Source: Snowella sp. (GTDB taxonomy: Bacteria > Cyanobacteriota > Cyanobacteriia > Cyanobacteriales > Microcystaceae). From it: a stretch of DNA of 64,000 nucleotides. Both the position numbers and the translations under genes were made by a program. Shown here piece after piece: positions 1 to 11,359 of this stretch. A model generated the notes under the pieces. The model had not been told where the DNA came from, did no database searches, and saw nothing but the letters and a program-made list of their open reading frames with translations. The stretch spans positions 96,001 through 160,000 of the forward strand of contig JAYKGY010000019.1 in NCBI GenBank assembly GCA_035285545.1. The letters run 5' to 3'. How positions within the stretch are numbered: the first letter of the stretch is position 1; each line of letters opens with the position of its first letter.

Positions 1-50
1 TTCTCAAATTGAATTAGTTTAATAAAAAAGATTGCTAGTTTCTAAATCTA

Positions 51-1148
51 ATGGTAGTAAGTCAACAAGAGAGTCTTAACTCAAGAAACATTTATAATTT
101 ATTAATTACTGGTGGAGCGGGATTTATTGGCTCTAATTTTGTGCATCATTGGTGTCAACAGTATCCTCATCATCGGGTGGTTGTGTTAGATGCTTTGACC
201 TATGCGGGAAATCGGCAGAATTTAGCGAGTTTAGAGGATAAAGAAAATTTTCGGTTTGTGCAGGGAAATATTTGCGATCGCGCTTTGATCGATACTTTAC
301 TACGGGAAGAAAAAATTGATACGGTTGCCCATTTTGCCGCAGAATCCCATGTAGATCGGTCAATATTAGGGCCAGATGCCTTTGTCCAGACGAATGTAGT
401 GGGAACCTTTACCCTACTAGAAAGTTTTCGACAATACTGGAATGAACAAGGACAGCCGAGCGACTCTCGTTTTCTCCATGTCTCCACTGATGAAGTCTAT
501 GGCAGTTTAGGGCCAAGCGATCCCGCCTTTTCTGAAACAACGCCCTATGCGCCTAATAGTCCCTATTCCGCTTCTAAAGCAGGGAGTGATCACCTCGCCA
601 GAGCCTATTTCCATACCTACGGAATGCCGACCATTATTACCAATTGCTCGAATAATTACGGGCCTTATCATTTTCCTGAAAAATTAATTCCCTTGATGTG
701 TATCAATATTTTGTTAGGAAAGCCGTTACCCGTATATGGTGATGGGCAAAATATCCGCGATTGGCTTTATGTCGGAGATCATTGCCGAGCTTTGGATACG
801 GTTTTACAAACAGGCCAGCCTGGGGAAACCTACAATATTGGCGGCAATAATGAGGTCAAAAATATTGATTTAGTTACGCTTTTGTGTGAATTAATGGATG
901 AATTGGCGACTGATTTACCCGTTAAACCTGCCAATCAATTAATTACCTTTGTGAAAGACCGCGCAGGCCATGACCGACGGTACGCGATCGATGCCACTAA
1001 AATTCGGACAGAGTTGGGGTGGACTCCTCAGGAAACCGTTGAACAGGGATTACGCAAAACGATTCAGTGGTATTTAACCAATCCAGATTGGTGGAAGCCC
1101 TTATTATCGGAAGATTATCAAGCCTATTATCAAAAGGTATACGGGTAA
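51..1148 (+). CDS. rfbB: dTDP-glucose 4,6-dehydratase
   Basis: GGAGFIG NAD-binding motif, [18 protein letters not shown] and YSASK motifs. Confidence 0.95.
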   Translation: MVVSQQESLNSRNIYNLLITGGAGFIGSNFVHHWCQQYPHHRVVVLDALTYAGNRQNLASLEDKENFRFVQGNICDRALIDTLLREEKIDTVAHFAAESHVDRSILGPDAFVQTNVVGTFTLLESFRQYWNEQGQPSDSRFLHVSTDEVYGSLGPSDPAFSETTPYAPNSPYSASKAGSDHLARAYFHTYGMPTIITNCSNNYGPYHFPEKLIPLMCINILLGKPLPVYGDGQNIRDWLYVGDHCRALDTVLQTGQPGETYNIGGNNEVKNIDLVTLLCELMDELATDLPVKPANQLITFVKDRAGHDRRYAIDATKIRTELGWTPQETVEQGLRKTIQWYLTNPDWWKPLLSEDYQAYYQKVYG

Positions 1149-1173
1149 TCTCCTGAATATTAACCAAAACCCT

Positions 1174-1866
1174 TTATGAAGGAATATAACTGCTCATGAC
1201 CCGTCCACAACTCCACCATTTTTGATAGTAGCCCCGACTGACTGAATCTCCGTCTGCCGATAGGATGTCGATGCCGATGCCGTTGCGCCCCATTTCTTGG
1301 CCAGAACTATGGATGTAATAGCGATCGCCTAAATGGAGAGCCACATGATCCACTCGTTTACTGCCAAAAAAGATGAGATCACCAGGAATGAGATCGTCTA
1401 TTTCAACCCGTTGTGTAAAAGCCTCTTGTTGGTAGGAATCTCTGGGTAACCAAATCCCGGAAGCGGCAAAGGCGGCTTGCATTAACCCAGAACAATCGTA
1501 GTTTGGGCCAAGGGTTCCGCCCCAAAGATAATAATTGGGAACCTCTTTCGCCGCTTGGGTATAGGCAATGATTTCGGGTAAGCGAGCTTCAATTTCGGAA
1601 CGGGTAACGGCGATCGCCTGATAGTTTTTGCTAGTAGGTTGTAAACTAGTTAATTGATGAAAAGGTAACCAGGCCGGATAACCATCTTCTAGGAGCATAA
1701 CTTTAGCGGCCTTTTGAGTCGGATCAAGCTCGACTATTTTTAAGTATCTCCCCTGATTGGCTTGCGTAGCTAAGGTTTTACAATCCGGTTGATCGTATAA
1801 ATCTAGCGAAATTGAACAGCAATATTCTCCATGGGGAGAGGGGGAAACTAGAGAAACGCTATCCAT
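1174..1866 (-). CDS. NlpC/P60 (C40) cell-wall peptidase with N-terminal SH3-like region
   Basis: YLWGG..YDCSG, LPRDSYQQ, GDLIFF, HVAL motifs; ATG at 1866 preferred over TTG at 1887. Confidence 0.88.
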   Translation of the reverse strand: MDSVSLVSPSPHGEYCCSISLDLYDQPDCKTLATQANQGRYLKIVELDPTQKAAKVMLLEDGYPAWLPFHQLTSLQPTSKNYQAIAVTRSEIEARLPEIIAYTQAAKEVPNYYLWGGTLGPNYDCSGLMQAAFAASGIWLPRDSYQQEAFTQRVEIDDLIPGDLIFFGSKRVDHVALHLGDRYYIHSSGQEMGRNGIGIDILSADGDSVSRGYYQKWWSCGRVMSSYIPS

Positions 1867-2082
1867 AAATTGAAGACGATTGAGCAAAAGACTGCTTTAC
1901 TTTATCAAAAAACGGTCTGTTTTGAATCCTCGGAATCGTGGGGCTGAAGTTCTCAATTGAGTTCTTACTTTTTATCGTTAATCTCGTTACAAATTTTCGT
2001 TAGAATCATTTATTATAATTGGCAAGAATAATTAAGTATTTCTAAGCGTATTTCAAAAAATTATTCATAACAACTCTTTATT

Positions 2083-2556
2083 ATGGATTTTCGTCATATT
2101 CTGTTCTCGGTCGAAAAACATCAGGTTGATCTTACGCAACTGCAACATTTATTTAACCTATCTGCTTTTTGGGCAAAAGATCGGACGCTCCAAGGTCTAC
2201 AAACCGCGATCGCCCATAGTGAACCGGTTGTTAGTGTGTGGGATCGAGAACAGATGATTGGTTTTGCCAGAGCAACATCTGATGGTGTCTATCGGGCGAC
2301 AATTTGGGATGTGGTTATTCATCCTAATTATCAGGGCGCAGGTCTGGGGCGAAAATTAGTCCAAACCGTTTTAGCCCATCCCCATGTCAATCAGGTGGAA
2401 CGGGTTTACTTAATGACAACCCACGAACAGGCTTTCTATGAGCGTATTGGTTTTCAAGAAAATCAAACCACCACAATGGTGATTCACAATCAATCAGCCT
2501 CTACCCATTTAGTTCAGCAGGAGTTACTAATTGCAACCAACCTTGTAGGCGTGTAG
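2083..2556 (+). CDS. GNAT N-acetyltransferase (Ycf52-like)
   Basis: IGFARATSDG, IWDVVIHPNYQGAGLGRKL, FYERIGF motifs. Confidence 0.88.
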   Translation: MDFRHILFSVEKHQVDLTQLQHLFNLSAFWAKDRTLQGLQTAIAHSEPVVSVWDREQMIGFARATSDGVYRATIWDVVIHPNYQGAGLGRKLVQTVLAHPHVNQVERVYLMTTHEQAFYERIGFQENQTTTMVIHNQSASTHLVQQELLIATNLVGV

Positions 2557-3310
2557 TCTCTTGGGTCGCCTCATCCGGCATAAAAGCAGAAAGGGTTAGT
2601 TCTCCGCCCATTTTCCGAAAAAGAGTTTGGGCTAATAAAAATTTAAGATAAGGGGAAATTTTGACGCTCTCTGTAAAATGTTTCCATTGCTCCCGATTAG
2701 TCTTTTGTAGCTCAAGCGGTTGACAAAGGTGTGTTTCCCAAATTTCAGGGGAACAAGGAATGAGAATTTCAATACAAGCGTGAGAGTTTGCCTGATCCGT
2801 TGTGAGGTTAATGTGAATGCTGCCTTTCGGCATAGTTTGCAGCCCTGTATCAATAACAAGTAATAGGGCTTGGAGTAACCGATCCTTATCGGTCAAAATC
2901 TGAACAGGGTAAGCAGGAGAATTGATTTGAACGCAGAGATTTCGATTAGCGGCTTGTAATTGCGTTAAAGCCTGTAAGTTAGTACGGATAAAATCCCAAT
3001 CAACTGTGTCGATTTGCAGCGCGATCGCGCCATAGTCCAACTTAGAAACGAGAATAATTTCATCAATCATGGCCAGAAGTTTTTGCGCTGATTGATAGGC
3101 CTGTTCTAAAAATTCTTTTTCTTCTTCTGGGCTTTCACAAAAGTCAAATAAAATCAACTGATGTAGGCTAATTAAACTACTCAGCGGCGATCGCAACTCA
3201 TGAGCCACTCGGCCAAGAAAACCCGTTTTAAATTGATTAATTTCCTGGGCCATCTGATAGGCAACTTGGGTATTTTCGAGTTCGGCACGTAGCTGTTCAA
3301 GGTCGCTCAT
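2501..3310 (-). CDS. sensor-less histidine kinase-like protein (HisKA plus degenerate HATPase)
   Basis: H-box VAHELRSPL is present; ATP-binding N/G boxes are not recognisable. Confidence 0.75.
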   Translation of the reverse strand: MSDLEQLRAELENTQVAYQMAQEINQFKTGFLGRVAHELRSPLSSLISLHQLILFDFCESPEEEKEFLEQAYQSAQKLLAMIDEIILVSKLDYGAIALQIDTVDWDFIRTNLQALTQLQAANRNLCVQINSPAYPVQILTDKDRLLQALLLVIDTGLQTMPKGSIHINLTTDQANSHACIEILIPCSPEIWETHLCQPLELQKTNREQWKHFTESVKISPYLKFLLAQTLFRKMGGELTLSAFMPDEATQETTRLQGWLQLVTPAELNG

Positions 3311-3354
3311 AGGGGATCGCTCCAGCTAACAAAGAAAATAGCAAAGGGAGAATT

Positions 3355-3942
3355 TTATAACACAATAGCACCCTGACGTAAGGTTTTCCATGAATTATCA
3401 GTCCACTGGATAACAGTTGACGGTTGACCGCTACTGAAAGTTGGTGTGGGGGATAAATACTCGCTATTGAGCGCAATCACATCAGGAAAAGTCGCCACGA
3501 TCGCGTTCATGGTTTCTAGGGGCGGTTGACCGGATAAATTCGCGCTGGTGGTAGCCAAGGGGCCAGTTTGTCGCAAAATGTCTAACGCAATGGAAGAATT
3601 CGGAATGCGAATGCCTACTGTGCCGTAGTTGAGGGGATTCATCGCAACAGGAACTTTTTCAGATGCAGGTAACACCAAGGTTAATTGACCGGGCCAATAT
3701 TTTTTAGCGATCGCTGTCCAAATGGCTTGTTCTTCAGGAGTCCCTACCACGTATTCCCAAATCGCGTCTAGCTCAGCAACCATAAGAATTAACGGTTTGT
3801 CCGCAGTCCGTTGTTTGAGGGTAAAAATTCGCTCGGATTGGGGGGGGATAACTGCCAAAGCGGGAACAGTATCGGTGGGGAAACTGACAACCTTTCCGGC
3901 GATCGCGGCATTAATGAATTCAGGGTAAGAAACAAGCGGCAT
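3355..3942 (-). CDS. tsaC: L-threonylcarbamoyladenylate synthase (Sua5/YrdC)
   Basis: FPTDTV, KxR..KPL, WPGQLT, TTSANLSG motifs. Confidence 0.92.
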   Translation of the reverse strand: MPLVSYPEFINAAIAGKVVSFPTDTVPALAVIPPQSERIFTLKQRTADKPLILMVAELDAIWEYVVGTPEEQAIWTAIAKKYWPGQLTLVLPASEKVPVAMNPLNYGTVGIRIPNSSIALDILRQTGPLATTSANLSGQPPLETMNAIVATFPDVIALNSEYLSPTPTFSSGQPSTVIQWTDNSWKTLRQGAIVL

Positions 3943-3962
3943 ATTTCAGTACAAACCAGAGA

Positions 3963-4856
3963 CTAAATACGGTAAGCCAAAACAAAACGTTCAATTTCGG
4001 CTAAATCTAACAAAACTTTAATTTCTTTATATTGTCCCTGATTTTTTAATAATTGAGCAACCTGGGGAGCTTGACCCGCCATCAATTCAACCAGCCATAA
4101 CCCCCCCGATACTAAATAATCAGGAGCCGTTTCAATTAAATAGCGAATCGCCGCTAAACCATCGTCTCCCCCATCTAGGGCGAGGTGTGGCTCATGGTTA
4201 ACCACTTCCGGTTGAAGCTCACTGATCATTTCTTTGGGAATATAGGGCGGATTAGACACCATGCCCTGAAGTTTGCCTTGTAAATGGTGTAAAGGTTCCC
4301 ACCAAGATCCTTGATAGAACTCAATGCGATCGCTGAAATCATATTTTTGAGCATTTTCTCGCGCTATTTCTAGGGCTTCTGTGCTCAGATCAACGGCAAA
4401 AATCTTGGCTTTTGGGAATAGACTAGCTAATCCTAAGGCGATCGCCCCGCTTCCCGTTCCCAAATCGACCCAATTTCCCTGGCTAAGTTCGGGATACTGT
4501 TTTTGTTCATTTCCTAAATAATCAATGATTAACTCTGTCTCTGGTCGAGGAATTAAGACTGAAGGAGAAACTTTTAAGCAAAAATCCCGCCAAGGGGTAA
4601 CCCCTGCTAAATATTGGACAGGAACCCATTGAGTTAATCGCTGTTGCCAGAGATCGGCTAATTCAGATAACGGTTGAGGCAAAAAAATCTGCGATCGCGT
4701 TTGAAACGTCCCTAAGCGGAGAGACAACTTATCTAAATCCGTCCAGATTTGTAAAAGCCAGTCCACTTCATCGGGAGAAATATCCGCCGCGATCGCCTGT
4801 TGTTGAGCAATGATGCGCCAATCGGCTAATTGTTGGCCAGAAACCCAAAAAGACAC
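3963..4856 (-). CDS. prmC: release factor glutamine methyltransferase
   Basis: LIPRPETE, DLGTGSG, SNPPY motifs. Confidence 0.95.
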   Translation of the reverse strand: MSFWVSGQQLADWRIIAQQQAIAADISPDEVDWLLQIWTDLDKLSLRLGTFQTRSQIFLPQPLSELADLWQQRLTQWVPVQYLAGVTPWRDFCLKVSPSVLIPRPETELIIDYLGNEQKQYPELSQGNWVDLGTGSGAIALGLASLFPKAKIFAVDLSTEALEIARENAQKYDFSDRIEFYQGSWWEPLHHLQGKLQGMVSNPPYIPKEMISELQPEVVNHEPHLALDGGDDGLAAIRYLIETAPDYLVSGGLWLVELMAGQAPQVAQLLKNQGQYKEIKVLLDLAEIERFVLAYRI

Positions 4857-4877
4857 GTTAATTTAACAATTTAACTA

Positions 4878-5639
4878 TTATTTTTTAGGGGCTGGAGCCG
4901 AGCTTTGTTTCGATTGATTTTGAATCGCAGTTTGAATAAACCTGATCGATTCTTCCGAGGGGATCAAACGAATACTTTTGAGCATCTTATCGTCACTTTG
5001 TTGTAAGGTACTCATCACATTTTCGAGCGGAACCACCTCGATTTTCACCGTTGAAGCCAGATCGGGCTTTTCCTTTTTAAAGCGGGCTACCATTTCTTGA
5101 ATTTGCTTCGCTTCAAAGAAAAAGGGAATCACTTGTTCATTATTTTGCTGAATTGTTAAATATCCCTGCTCTTTGCCACCGCGAGCCACATACAGCGGAA
5201 CACCGCCTTGATATTTTTGCCCTGCTGCCGTCAAAATTTGGGTAGCTGCATTAATTTCCGTCGGGACGGGAACGTAGGCAAAATTTAAAGAATCCGGCTT
5301 ATTCGCATTGGTGACAGCTAGCTTGTAAACTTCCCCCAAAGAAACGGGTTGGACACTGACTTTACTGGCAATATCCGGCTTATCCTTTTTTAATTGTTGA
5401 AAGAATTTTTGTGCTTCCTGCTGACTCACAAAGATTCCTGTGATTTTTTTATTGTTATCAACGGCAACCAAAGGAGCACCTTGACCATCAGCAATTGTGA
5501 AAACGGGAACTCCTTGCAAGATCTTGACGACTTCCTCCGTTGGTAAAGCTAATACTTTGAGGGTTTGTCCTAATACAGTCGTTAATACTGCACTCCCGAC
5601 CAATCCTAATGTCGTACCCCAACGAATCAATGAATTCAT
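4878..5639 (-). CDS. Tic22 family periplasmic chaperone
   Basis: Signal peptide-like N-terminus, VPVFTI..G.PL and GVPLY duplicated halves; usual neighbour of prmC in cyanobacteria. Confidence 0.88.
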   Translation of the reverse strand: MNSLIRWGTTLGLVGSAVLTTVLGQTLKVLALPTEEVVKILQGVPVFTIADGQGAPLVAVDNNKKITGIFVSQQEAQKFFQQLKKDKPDIASKVSVQPVSLGEVYKLAVTNANKPDSLNFAYVPVPTEINAATQILTAAGQKYQGGVPLYVARGGKEQGYLTIQQNNEQVIPFFFEAKQIQEMVARFKKEKPDLASTVKIEVVPLENVMSTLQQSDDKMLKSIRLIPSEESIRFIQTAIQNQSKQSSAPAPKK

Positions 5640-6542
5640 GCTTTAAAAACCTCGGACAATAAATGCTGTAAACAAAAACTAGGAGACTCCCCACCGTTAA
5701 CGCGACTAAACGCGATCCTATAGTGTATCCTAATCAACTTAATTTTTTAGTGATATTTCCTCTGGATTAAGAAAACCCGACTTATCGGAAAATAAATATA
5801 AGTTTTCTCAAACTTAGATATCCAACGGATCAATGTTCCCAGACTGATCAATTTCTAAAAAGTTCCAACCGCTCTCCCAAAATAACATATTTTTTATTTA
5901 ACAATCATTTACGTTAGCAAGTTATTAAACTGTCACTGGTCAGGGAACTTAGATAGTTTATTGCTTCACCATTTATACTATCTATACTAGTTTTAATCGA
6001 GCCATTATTCAGAACATTTTACGCTTGAAAATATAGATAATTAGCAACAATCGGACTTAATCTTTTAATAAACTTGTGGGGGTGGGTCATCAAACGTTTA
6101 AGACGAGACTAGACATCCTTCATCCTCATCTAAGGCATAAGGCAAAGAGAGGAGGGCAAAATAAACTCAGTGCAGAAGCCCCATGACTCCTCCCCTAGCA
6201 ATCTTGGCGGGAATAGGGAAATAACTCCTTATAACGCCAGATTTTGCATGTCAGAGATTACCACCCGTCGGATTATCCAAAAAGTAGAGAATCGCTTAGT
6301 CTGTTCTCTAGATAGCGATATATTGGGGAAAAGATATCATTCTGGGCTTTCAAGGGAGAGATCTTCTTTTTTCCGACTTACCCAGATTTTTGCTTTTTGG
6401 GTAATGCTTTTCTCATCACGCTTTCCCCCTGGGTATCCGTCTGTCAGCTAATTTTCTTTTTGCTAAAATCAAACTCATAGTATTACTTACTGAACATAAA
6501 AACTCTTATTTCACATTTAAAAAATTTATCATTATATCAATT

Positions 6543-7451
6543 ATGATTGAACCACCTGGCGTAGAAAGAGATTCTGTTGTAACGTCCTTGGGAACCATGG
6601 TTTATTATTCTCCCCAAAAAGCTCCTTGGGTTGAGGATAATTTGGATAGCACGACCGAGAAACCGACTCTGATCTTTTTACACGGATTTGGGGGCGGCTC
6701 GTCGGCCTATGAATGGTCAAAGGTCTATCCGGCTTTTGCCTTTAATTATCGAGTTCTAGCTCCTGATTTACTGGGGTGGGGTCGATCGGATCACCCTGAA
6801 CGCAATTATCAACCCCAGGATTACATTAATACGATCCTTGAATTTATCGAAAAAACCTGTGAACAACCACCGACAGTGATTGCTTCATCCCTCGTGGGTG
6901 GCTTAACCCTCCGCGCCGCGATCGCCCGTCCCGATCAATTCAAAAACCTGATCTTAACCAACCCCACCGGATTATCCGATTTTGGCGAAGATTACAGTAA
7001 AAATTTGTTTGCTCAGATTGTGGGAGTTCCCGTCATCGATAAGATGATTTACAGCGTTGGAGTTGCTAATAGTACCGCCATTCAAGGATTTTTAGAAACG
7101 AAACAATTTGCCAATCCGAACTTACTCTATCCTGAAATTACGGAAGCCTACCTCGAATCTGCAACCCAACCTAATGCGGAATACGCGGCATTATCTTTTG
7201 TTCGGGGAGACTTATGTTTTGATTTAGCTAAATATATTCCTCAGTTAACGATACCGACTGCGTTTATGTGGGGACAAAAGGCATCCTTTGCCGGCCCCGA
7301 TGTGGGGAAACGATTAGCCGCGCTGAATGGGACAGCCATTAAGCTCTTTCAAGAAATTGAAGATGTCGGCTTAACGCCACAACTCGAACTTCCGGCAGTC
7401 ACCATTAGCCTGATTAATAAATTTTTAAAATATTTCCAGAATGTCTCCTGA
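6543..7451 (+). CDS. alpha/beta fold hydrolase
   Basis: FLHGFGGG, APDLLGWGRS, IASSL nucleophile elbow. Confidence 0.88.
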   Translation: MIEPPGVERDSVVTSLGTMVYYSPQKAPWVEDNLDSTTEKPTLIFLHGFGGGSSAYEWSKVYPAFAFNYRVLAPDLLGWGRSDHPERNYQPQDYINTILEFIEKTCEQPPTVIASSLVGGLTLRAAIARPDQFKNLILTNPTGLSDFGEDYSKNLFAQIVGVPVIDKMIYSVGVANSTAIQGFLETKQFANPNLLYPEITEAYLESATQPNAEYAALSFVRGDLCFDLAKYIPQLTIPTAFMWGQKASFAGPDVGKRLAALNGTAIKLFQEIEDVGLTPQLELPAVTISLINKFLKYFQNVS

Positions 7452-7511
7452 TAAGCGATACCATGATATAAAGTTCTGACGAACAGCAACACGTAATTTT
7501 TCTAAACATCC

Positions 7512-7865
7512 ATGACTATCGATAGAGATGAGCGAACGCTAGTGGCAATGAAAAATTTTGCCGAGCAGTATGCCAAGCGTACCAATACCTATTTTTGTAG
7601 TGATCTTTCGGTTACCGCCGTCGTCATTGAGGGACTCGCCAAACATAAGGACGAATTGGGTTCCCCGCTTTGCCCTTGCCGTCATTACGAAGATAAGGAA
7701 GCAGAGGTTAAAAATACGTTCTGGAATTGTCCCTGTGTCCCTATGCGAGAACGAAATGAATGTCATTGCATGTTATTTCTTCCTACTAATAATGATTTTG
7801 CAGGAGATCAGCAAGAAATTTCTTTAGAGTTGCTCAAAGAAGTCAAAGCGAGTATGTCGGCTTAG
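7512..7865 (+). CDS. ftrC: ferredoxin-thioredoxin reductase catalytic subunit
   Basis: CPC...CPC...CHC motifs. Confidence 0.95.
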   Translation: MTIDRDERTLVAMKNFAEQYAKRTNTYFCSDLSVTAVVIEGLAKHKDELGSPLCPCRHYEDKEAEVKNTFWNCPCVPMRERNECHCMLFLPTNNDFAGDQQEISLELLKEVKASMSA

Positions 7866-7874
7866 GTTTGCAGC

Positions 7875-8267
7875 ATGGAATCTCCAGCATTTTGGCAGGG
7901 TGTCGAGCAGTTTAATCAAGAGGATTTTTATGCCTGTCACGATACCCTAGAAGCCATCTGGATGGAAGCGATCGCGGCGGATAAGAATTTTTATCAAGGC
8001 ATTCTACAAATTGCAGTAGGTTGTTATCATCTCACTAATCATAATTGGCGGGGAGCAGTAACTCTTTTAGGAGAAGGCATTCGGCGGCTTAGCACCTTTC
8101 AACCAGATCATTCAGGCGTTAATGTTGAGCAGTTAGTGAGTCAGAGTTATCAATTACTTCAGCAGTTACAACAAATTGAACCTGATCGGGTACAGGCTTT
8201 TATTGAAGATTTTAAACAAGAAGGCTCATTTCCTTTTCCGAAGATTCAAATCATTCAATCTTACTAG
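7875..8267 (+). CDS. DUF309 domain protein
   Basis: FYACHDTLEAIW and QGILQIAVG motifs; follows ftrC. Confidence 0.88.
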   Translation: MESPAFWQGVEQFNQEDFYACHDTLEAIWMEAIAADKNFYQGILQIAVGCYHLTNHNWRGAVTLLGEGIRRLSTFQPDHSGVNVEQLVSQSYQLLQQLQQIEPDRVQAFIEDFKQEGSFPFPKIQIIQSY

Positions 8268-8374
8268 GCTTTTTCCCTAGTTGTCCCCTGATTCTGAGAC
8301 CATATTTCTTGTTAAAGGCTTTCATGTCTTATTCTTCTTTATTTTTATAAATTCTTTCAATTTTTCGAGATTTT

Positions 8375-9085
8375 CTAAGGTTTCTGCGCTTCAATATATA
8401 AAGATTCCCACCATCTTTCTTTCCGTTCTATAAAAAGTCTGTGATCAGTTCCTTGGTGAAAATCCACTTTTTTAATGTGGATAAAGCCCGCCATTTTTAA
8501 AAATTGAGTTAAGAGTTCCTCATTCCAAACTGATAAATGAAAAAAACTTTGGGTGAGAAAATGAATCGCTTCACAGCCGGTTTTCCACTGCAAAAATTCT
8601 GGATCGACGGCACATCCTTCATGATAATCAATATATTTTTGCAAATCAGGAACCGTGATTCGTAACCAAGCCTGGGATTTCATGGTGCGATAAAGTTCGT
8701 TTAAAATCGCTAAGACTTCATCGGGATAAAAATGTTCTAGGGTATGTTCTGTAAAAACCCCGTCCCAACTATTCGCCGGACAATTTAAGGGATAACGTAG
8801 GTCTAGCATCCAGTCAGGATCAGGAATATCAGAGGCTCTTTTCGGAAGAAATCCACTAAAAAAATCCGCATTTACCCAATTCCCCGTTTGAGTATTGGAG
8901 CCGCACCCTAGATTTAAAAAATAAGTGTGATTCGTTGTAATTTGTAATTTCCGTTTTTGAAAAAAATGACGACCAATCCAACTTTTTATCTCAAAAATAA
9001 GTAGGGTTTTCCAGGTTCTTTTAAATCCCTGAATATCAGTTAGAATGTCGAACGTGACCAAAGAAGAAGGCGGTGATACTGTCAT
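8375..9085 (-). CDS. class I SAM-dependent methyltransferase (glycan-associated type)
   Basis: LNLGCG, WVNAD, EHTLEH, LRITVPDL motifs. Confidence 0.8.
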   Translation of the reverse strand: MTVSPPSSLVTFDILTDIQGFKRTWKTLLIFEIKSWIGRHFFQKRKLQITTNHTYFLNLGCGSNTQTGNWVNADFFSGFLPKRASDIPDPDWMLDLRYPLNCPANSWDGVFTEHTLEHFYPDEVLAILNELYRTMKSQAWLRITVPDLQKYIDYHEGCAVDPEFLQWKTGCEAIHFLTQSFFHLSVWNEELLTQFLKMAGFIHIKKVDFHQGTDHRLFIERKERWWESLYIEAQKP

Positions 9086-9114
9086 AACAAGTCTCGGCGA
9101 TTGATTAATCGTCT

Positions 9115-11022
9115 CTAGGAAATGAGGGATGTTCTAAACTGTCTTTCTAAATAAACTAAAAGCGCATTAATATCCGCCGGATTAACGCCCCCAATCCGCG
9201 ATGCTTGGCTAATGGTTAGGGGTTTAATTTGGGTTAGTTTTTCCCGTGCTTCCATCGATAAGGTGTCAATGGACATATAATCTAAATTTTCAGGCAGTTG
9301 GCGTTGGCCATAACGGCTGACTTGTTCAATTTGAATTTGTTGACGCTTGATATAGCCGGAATATTTGATTTCAATTTCGGCTCCTTCTTTTTCCGATCGC
9401 GCGAGTTGGGGATTCCCTAAACCGTATTCTTCCAAGTGACGATAATGAAAACCCGGACGACGCAATAAATCCGCTAGGGTAATAGCCCCCTTGATTTTTT
9501 GTTGGGTCGCAGCCGCGATCGCCTGGCCAATTTCATCATGTTCTTTCACGCGAGTTTCGTATAACCGCTCTTTTTCCGCAGTAATATGGGCTTGTTTACG
9601 TTGATAGAGTTCCCAACGGCGATCGTCAATCAGTCCAATTTCCCGACCTAAAGGCGTTAACCGTTGATCCGCATTATCAGAACGTAAAATTAGACGATAT
9701 TCCGAGCGGCTCGTTAACATGCGGTAGGGTTCACGCAAATCTTTTGTGCAAAGATCATCAATCAGCGTTCCCAAATAGCTTTCCTCACGGGGGAAGACCT
9801 GCATTTCTAACCCTCGGCAAAACCGTGCCGCATTGATCCCCGCCACAATCCCCTGGGCTGCCGCTTCCTCGTAACCCGTTGTACCGTTAATCTGGCCCGC
9901 ACAAAATAGACCCTCAATTTTCTTGGTCATCAAAGTCGGATAGCACTGGGTTGCGGGAATGAAATCGTACTCCACCGCATAGGCAGGACGCAACATGACA
10001 CAATTTTCTAACCCTGGCAAGGTATGCAACATGGCCAACTGGATATTTTCCGGCAATCCTGTCGAAAACCCCTGAATATAAAGCTCAGGAATATCGCGCC
10101 CTTCCGGTTCAATAAAAATTTGATGACTTTCCTTATCCGCAAAACGAACAATTTTATCTTCAATCGAAGGACAATAACGGGGGCCTTTAGAATCGATAAA
10201 GCCGCCATAAATTGGCGATAAATGTAAATTTTCCCGAATTAACTCGTGGGTTTTTTGGGTCGTGCGGGTGAGATAGCAGTTCATTTGTTCCCGTTCTACC
10301 CAAGCTTCGGGATCAAAACTAAACCAATTAATTTCAGCATCAGGGGGTTGGGGTTCCAATCGGCTGTAATCGACCGATCGCTTATCCACCCGTGCAGGCG
10401 TACCCGTTTTTAATCGTCCTGTCTCAAATCCCAACTCATTCAACGTTTCCGTTAACCCGATGGCGGCAAATTCTCCGGCTCGACCGGCTGGCATGGATTT
10501 CCCCCCAATCCAAATTTTGCCCCCTAAAAAAGTTCCGGTGGTTAAAATGACGGCCTTAGCCCCAAAACAAGAACCAAAATAGGTTTGAATCCCGACAATC
10601 TCGTCATTGTGACCTAAGACCACATCCGTTACCATCCCTTCACGGACGCTGAGGTTTTCCTGATTTTCAATGATATTTTTCATGACGGCTGCATATTCCC
10701 GTTTATCGGTTTGTGCCCGTAATGCCCAGACCGCCGGCCCCCGTGAAATATTCAAGACTCGTTTTTGGAGATAGGTGCGATCGGCCATTTTGCCAATTTC
10801 TCCCCCCAAAGCATCGACTTCATGGGTCAATTGGGATTTGGCAGGGCCCCCCACGGCGGGATTACAGGGTTGCCAGGCGATCTTGTCTAGATTCAAGGTG
10901 AGTAACAAAGTACGACATCCCAAGCGAGCCGATGCCAAGGCAGCTTCACAACCGGAATGGCCCGCTCCGACGACAATCACATCAAAAGCGTCTTGAAAGT
11001 CTAGCGGTAATCTGAGTGTCAT
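9115..11022 (-). CDS. mnmG: tRNA uridine 5-carboxymethylaminomethyl modification enzyme
   Basis: [44 protein letters not shown] motifs. Confidence 0.97.
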   Translation of the reverse strand: MTLRLPLDFQDAFDVIVVGAGHSGCEAALASARLGCRTLLLTLNLDKIAWQPCNPAVGGPAKSQLTHEVDALGGEIGKMADRTYLQKRVLNISRGPAVWALRAQTDKREYAAVMKNIIENQENLSVREGMVTDVVLGHNDEIVGIQTYFGSCFGAKAVILTTGTFLGGKIWIGGKSMPAGRAGEFAAIGLTETLNELGFETGRLKTGTPARVDKRSVDYSRLEPQPPDAEINWFSFDPEAWVEREQMNCYLTRTTQKTHELIRENLHLSPIYGGFIDSKGPRYCPSIEDKIVRFADKESHQIFIEPEGRDIPELYIQGFSTGLPENIQLAMLHTLPGLENCVMLRPAYAVEYDFIPATQCYPTLMTKKIEGLFCAGQINGTTGYEEAAAQGIVAGINAARFCRGLEMQVFPREESYLGTLIDDLCTKDLREPYRMLTSRSEYRLILRSDNADQRLTPLGREIGLIDDRRWELYQRKQAHITAEKERLYETRVKEHDEIGQAIAAATQQKIKGAITLADLLRRPGFHYRHLEEYGLGNPQLARSEKEGAEIEIKYSGYIKRQQIQIEQVSRYGQRQLPENLDYMSIDTLSMEAREKLTQIKPLTISQASRIGGVNPADINALLVYLERQFRTSLIS

Positions 11023-11359
11023 AAATCACGCCAAAAATGGTTAATTCTGTGCTGAGTGCTGTTTCATTTTAACAGATTCAGTGAGCGTACCCCATTGCGT
11101 TAATTTGCTTGAAAGCCAGATTATTCAAGGTTTAAAATAGCTTTCTGGAGCAGTGTGCAAGTCAAATTAAGCTAAATCCCATTACCAAGGAATAAGGGAG
11201 AGACGAATCAATCCTCCCCAGACCCCCAGACCGCAATGATAAAATCTTCAGTAGTAAACAGACAACACTGCTTACTGGGATTCGGTTCGGTTTGAGTTTT
11301 TTCTCAACCTAGCCCTAAGATCTTTTCTGAGTAGCCCATCGCATCCAATCATTACAACA

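Noticed and set aside
6170..6451. 93-aa ORF in the Tic22-hydrolase gap
   Set aside because: GTG start, no recognisable motif, non-protein-like composition; not called as a gene
11023..11359. LexA box upstream of uvrC
   Set aside because: No convincing match to a cyanobacterial LexA consensus
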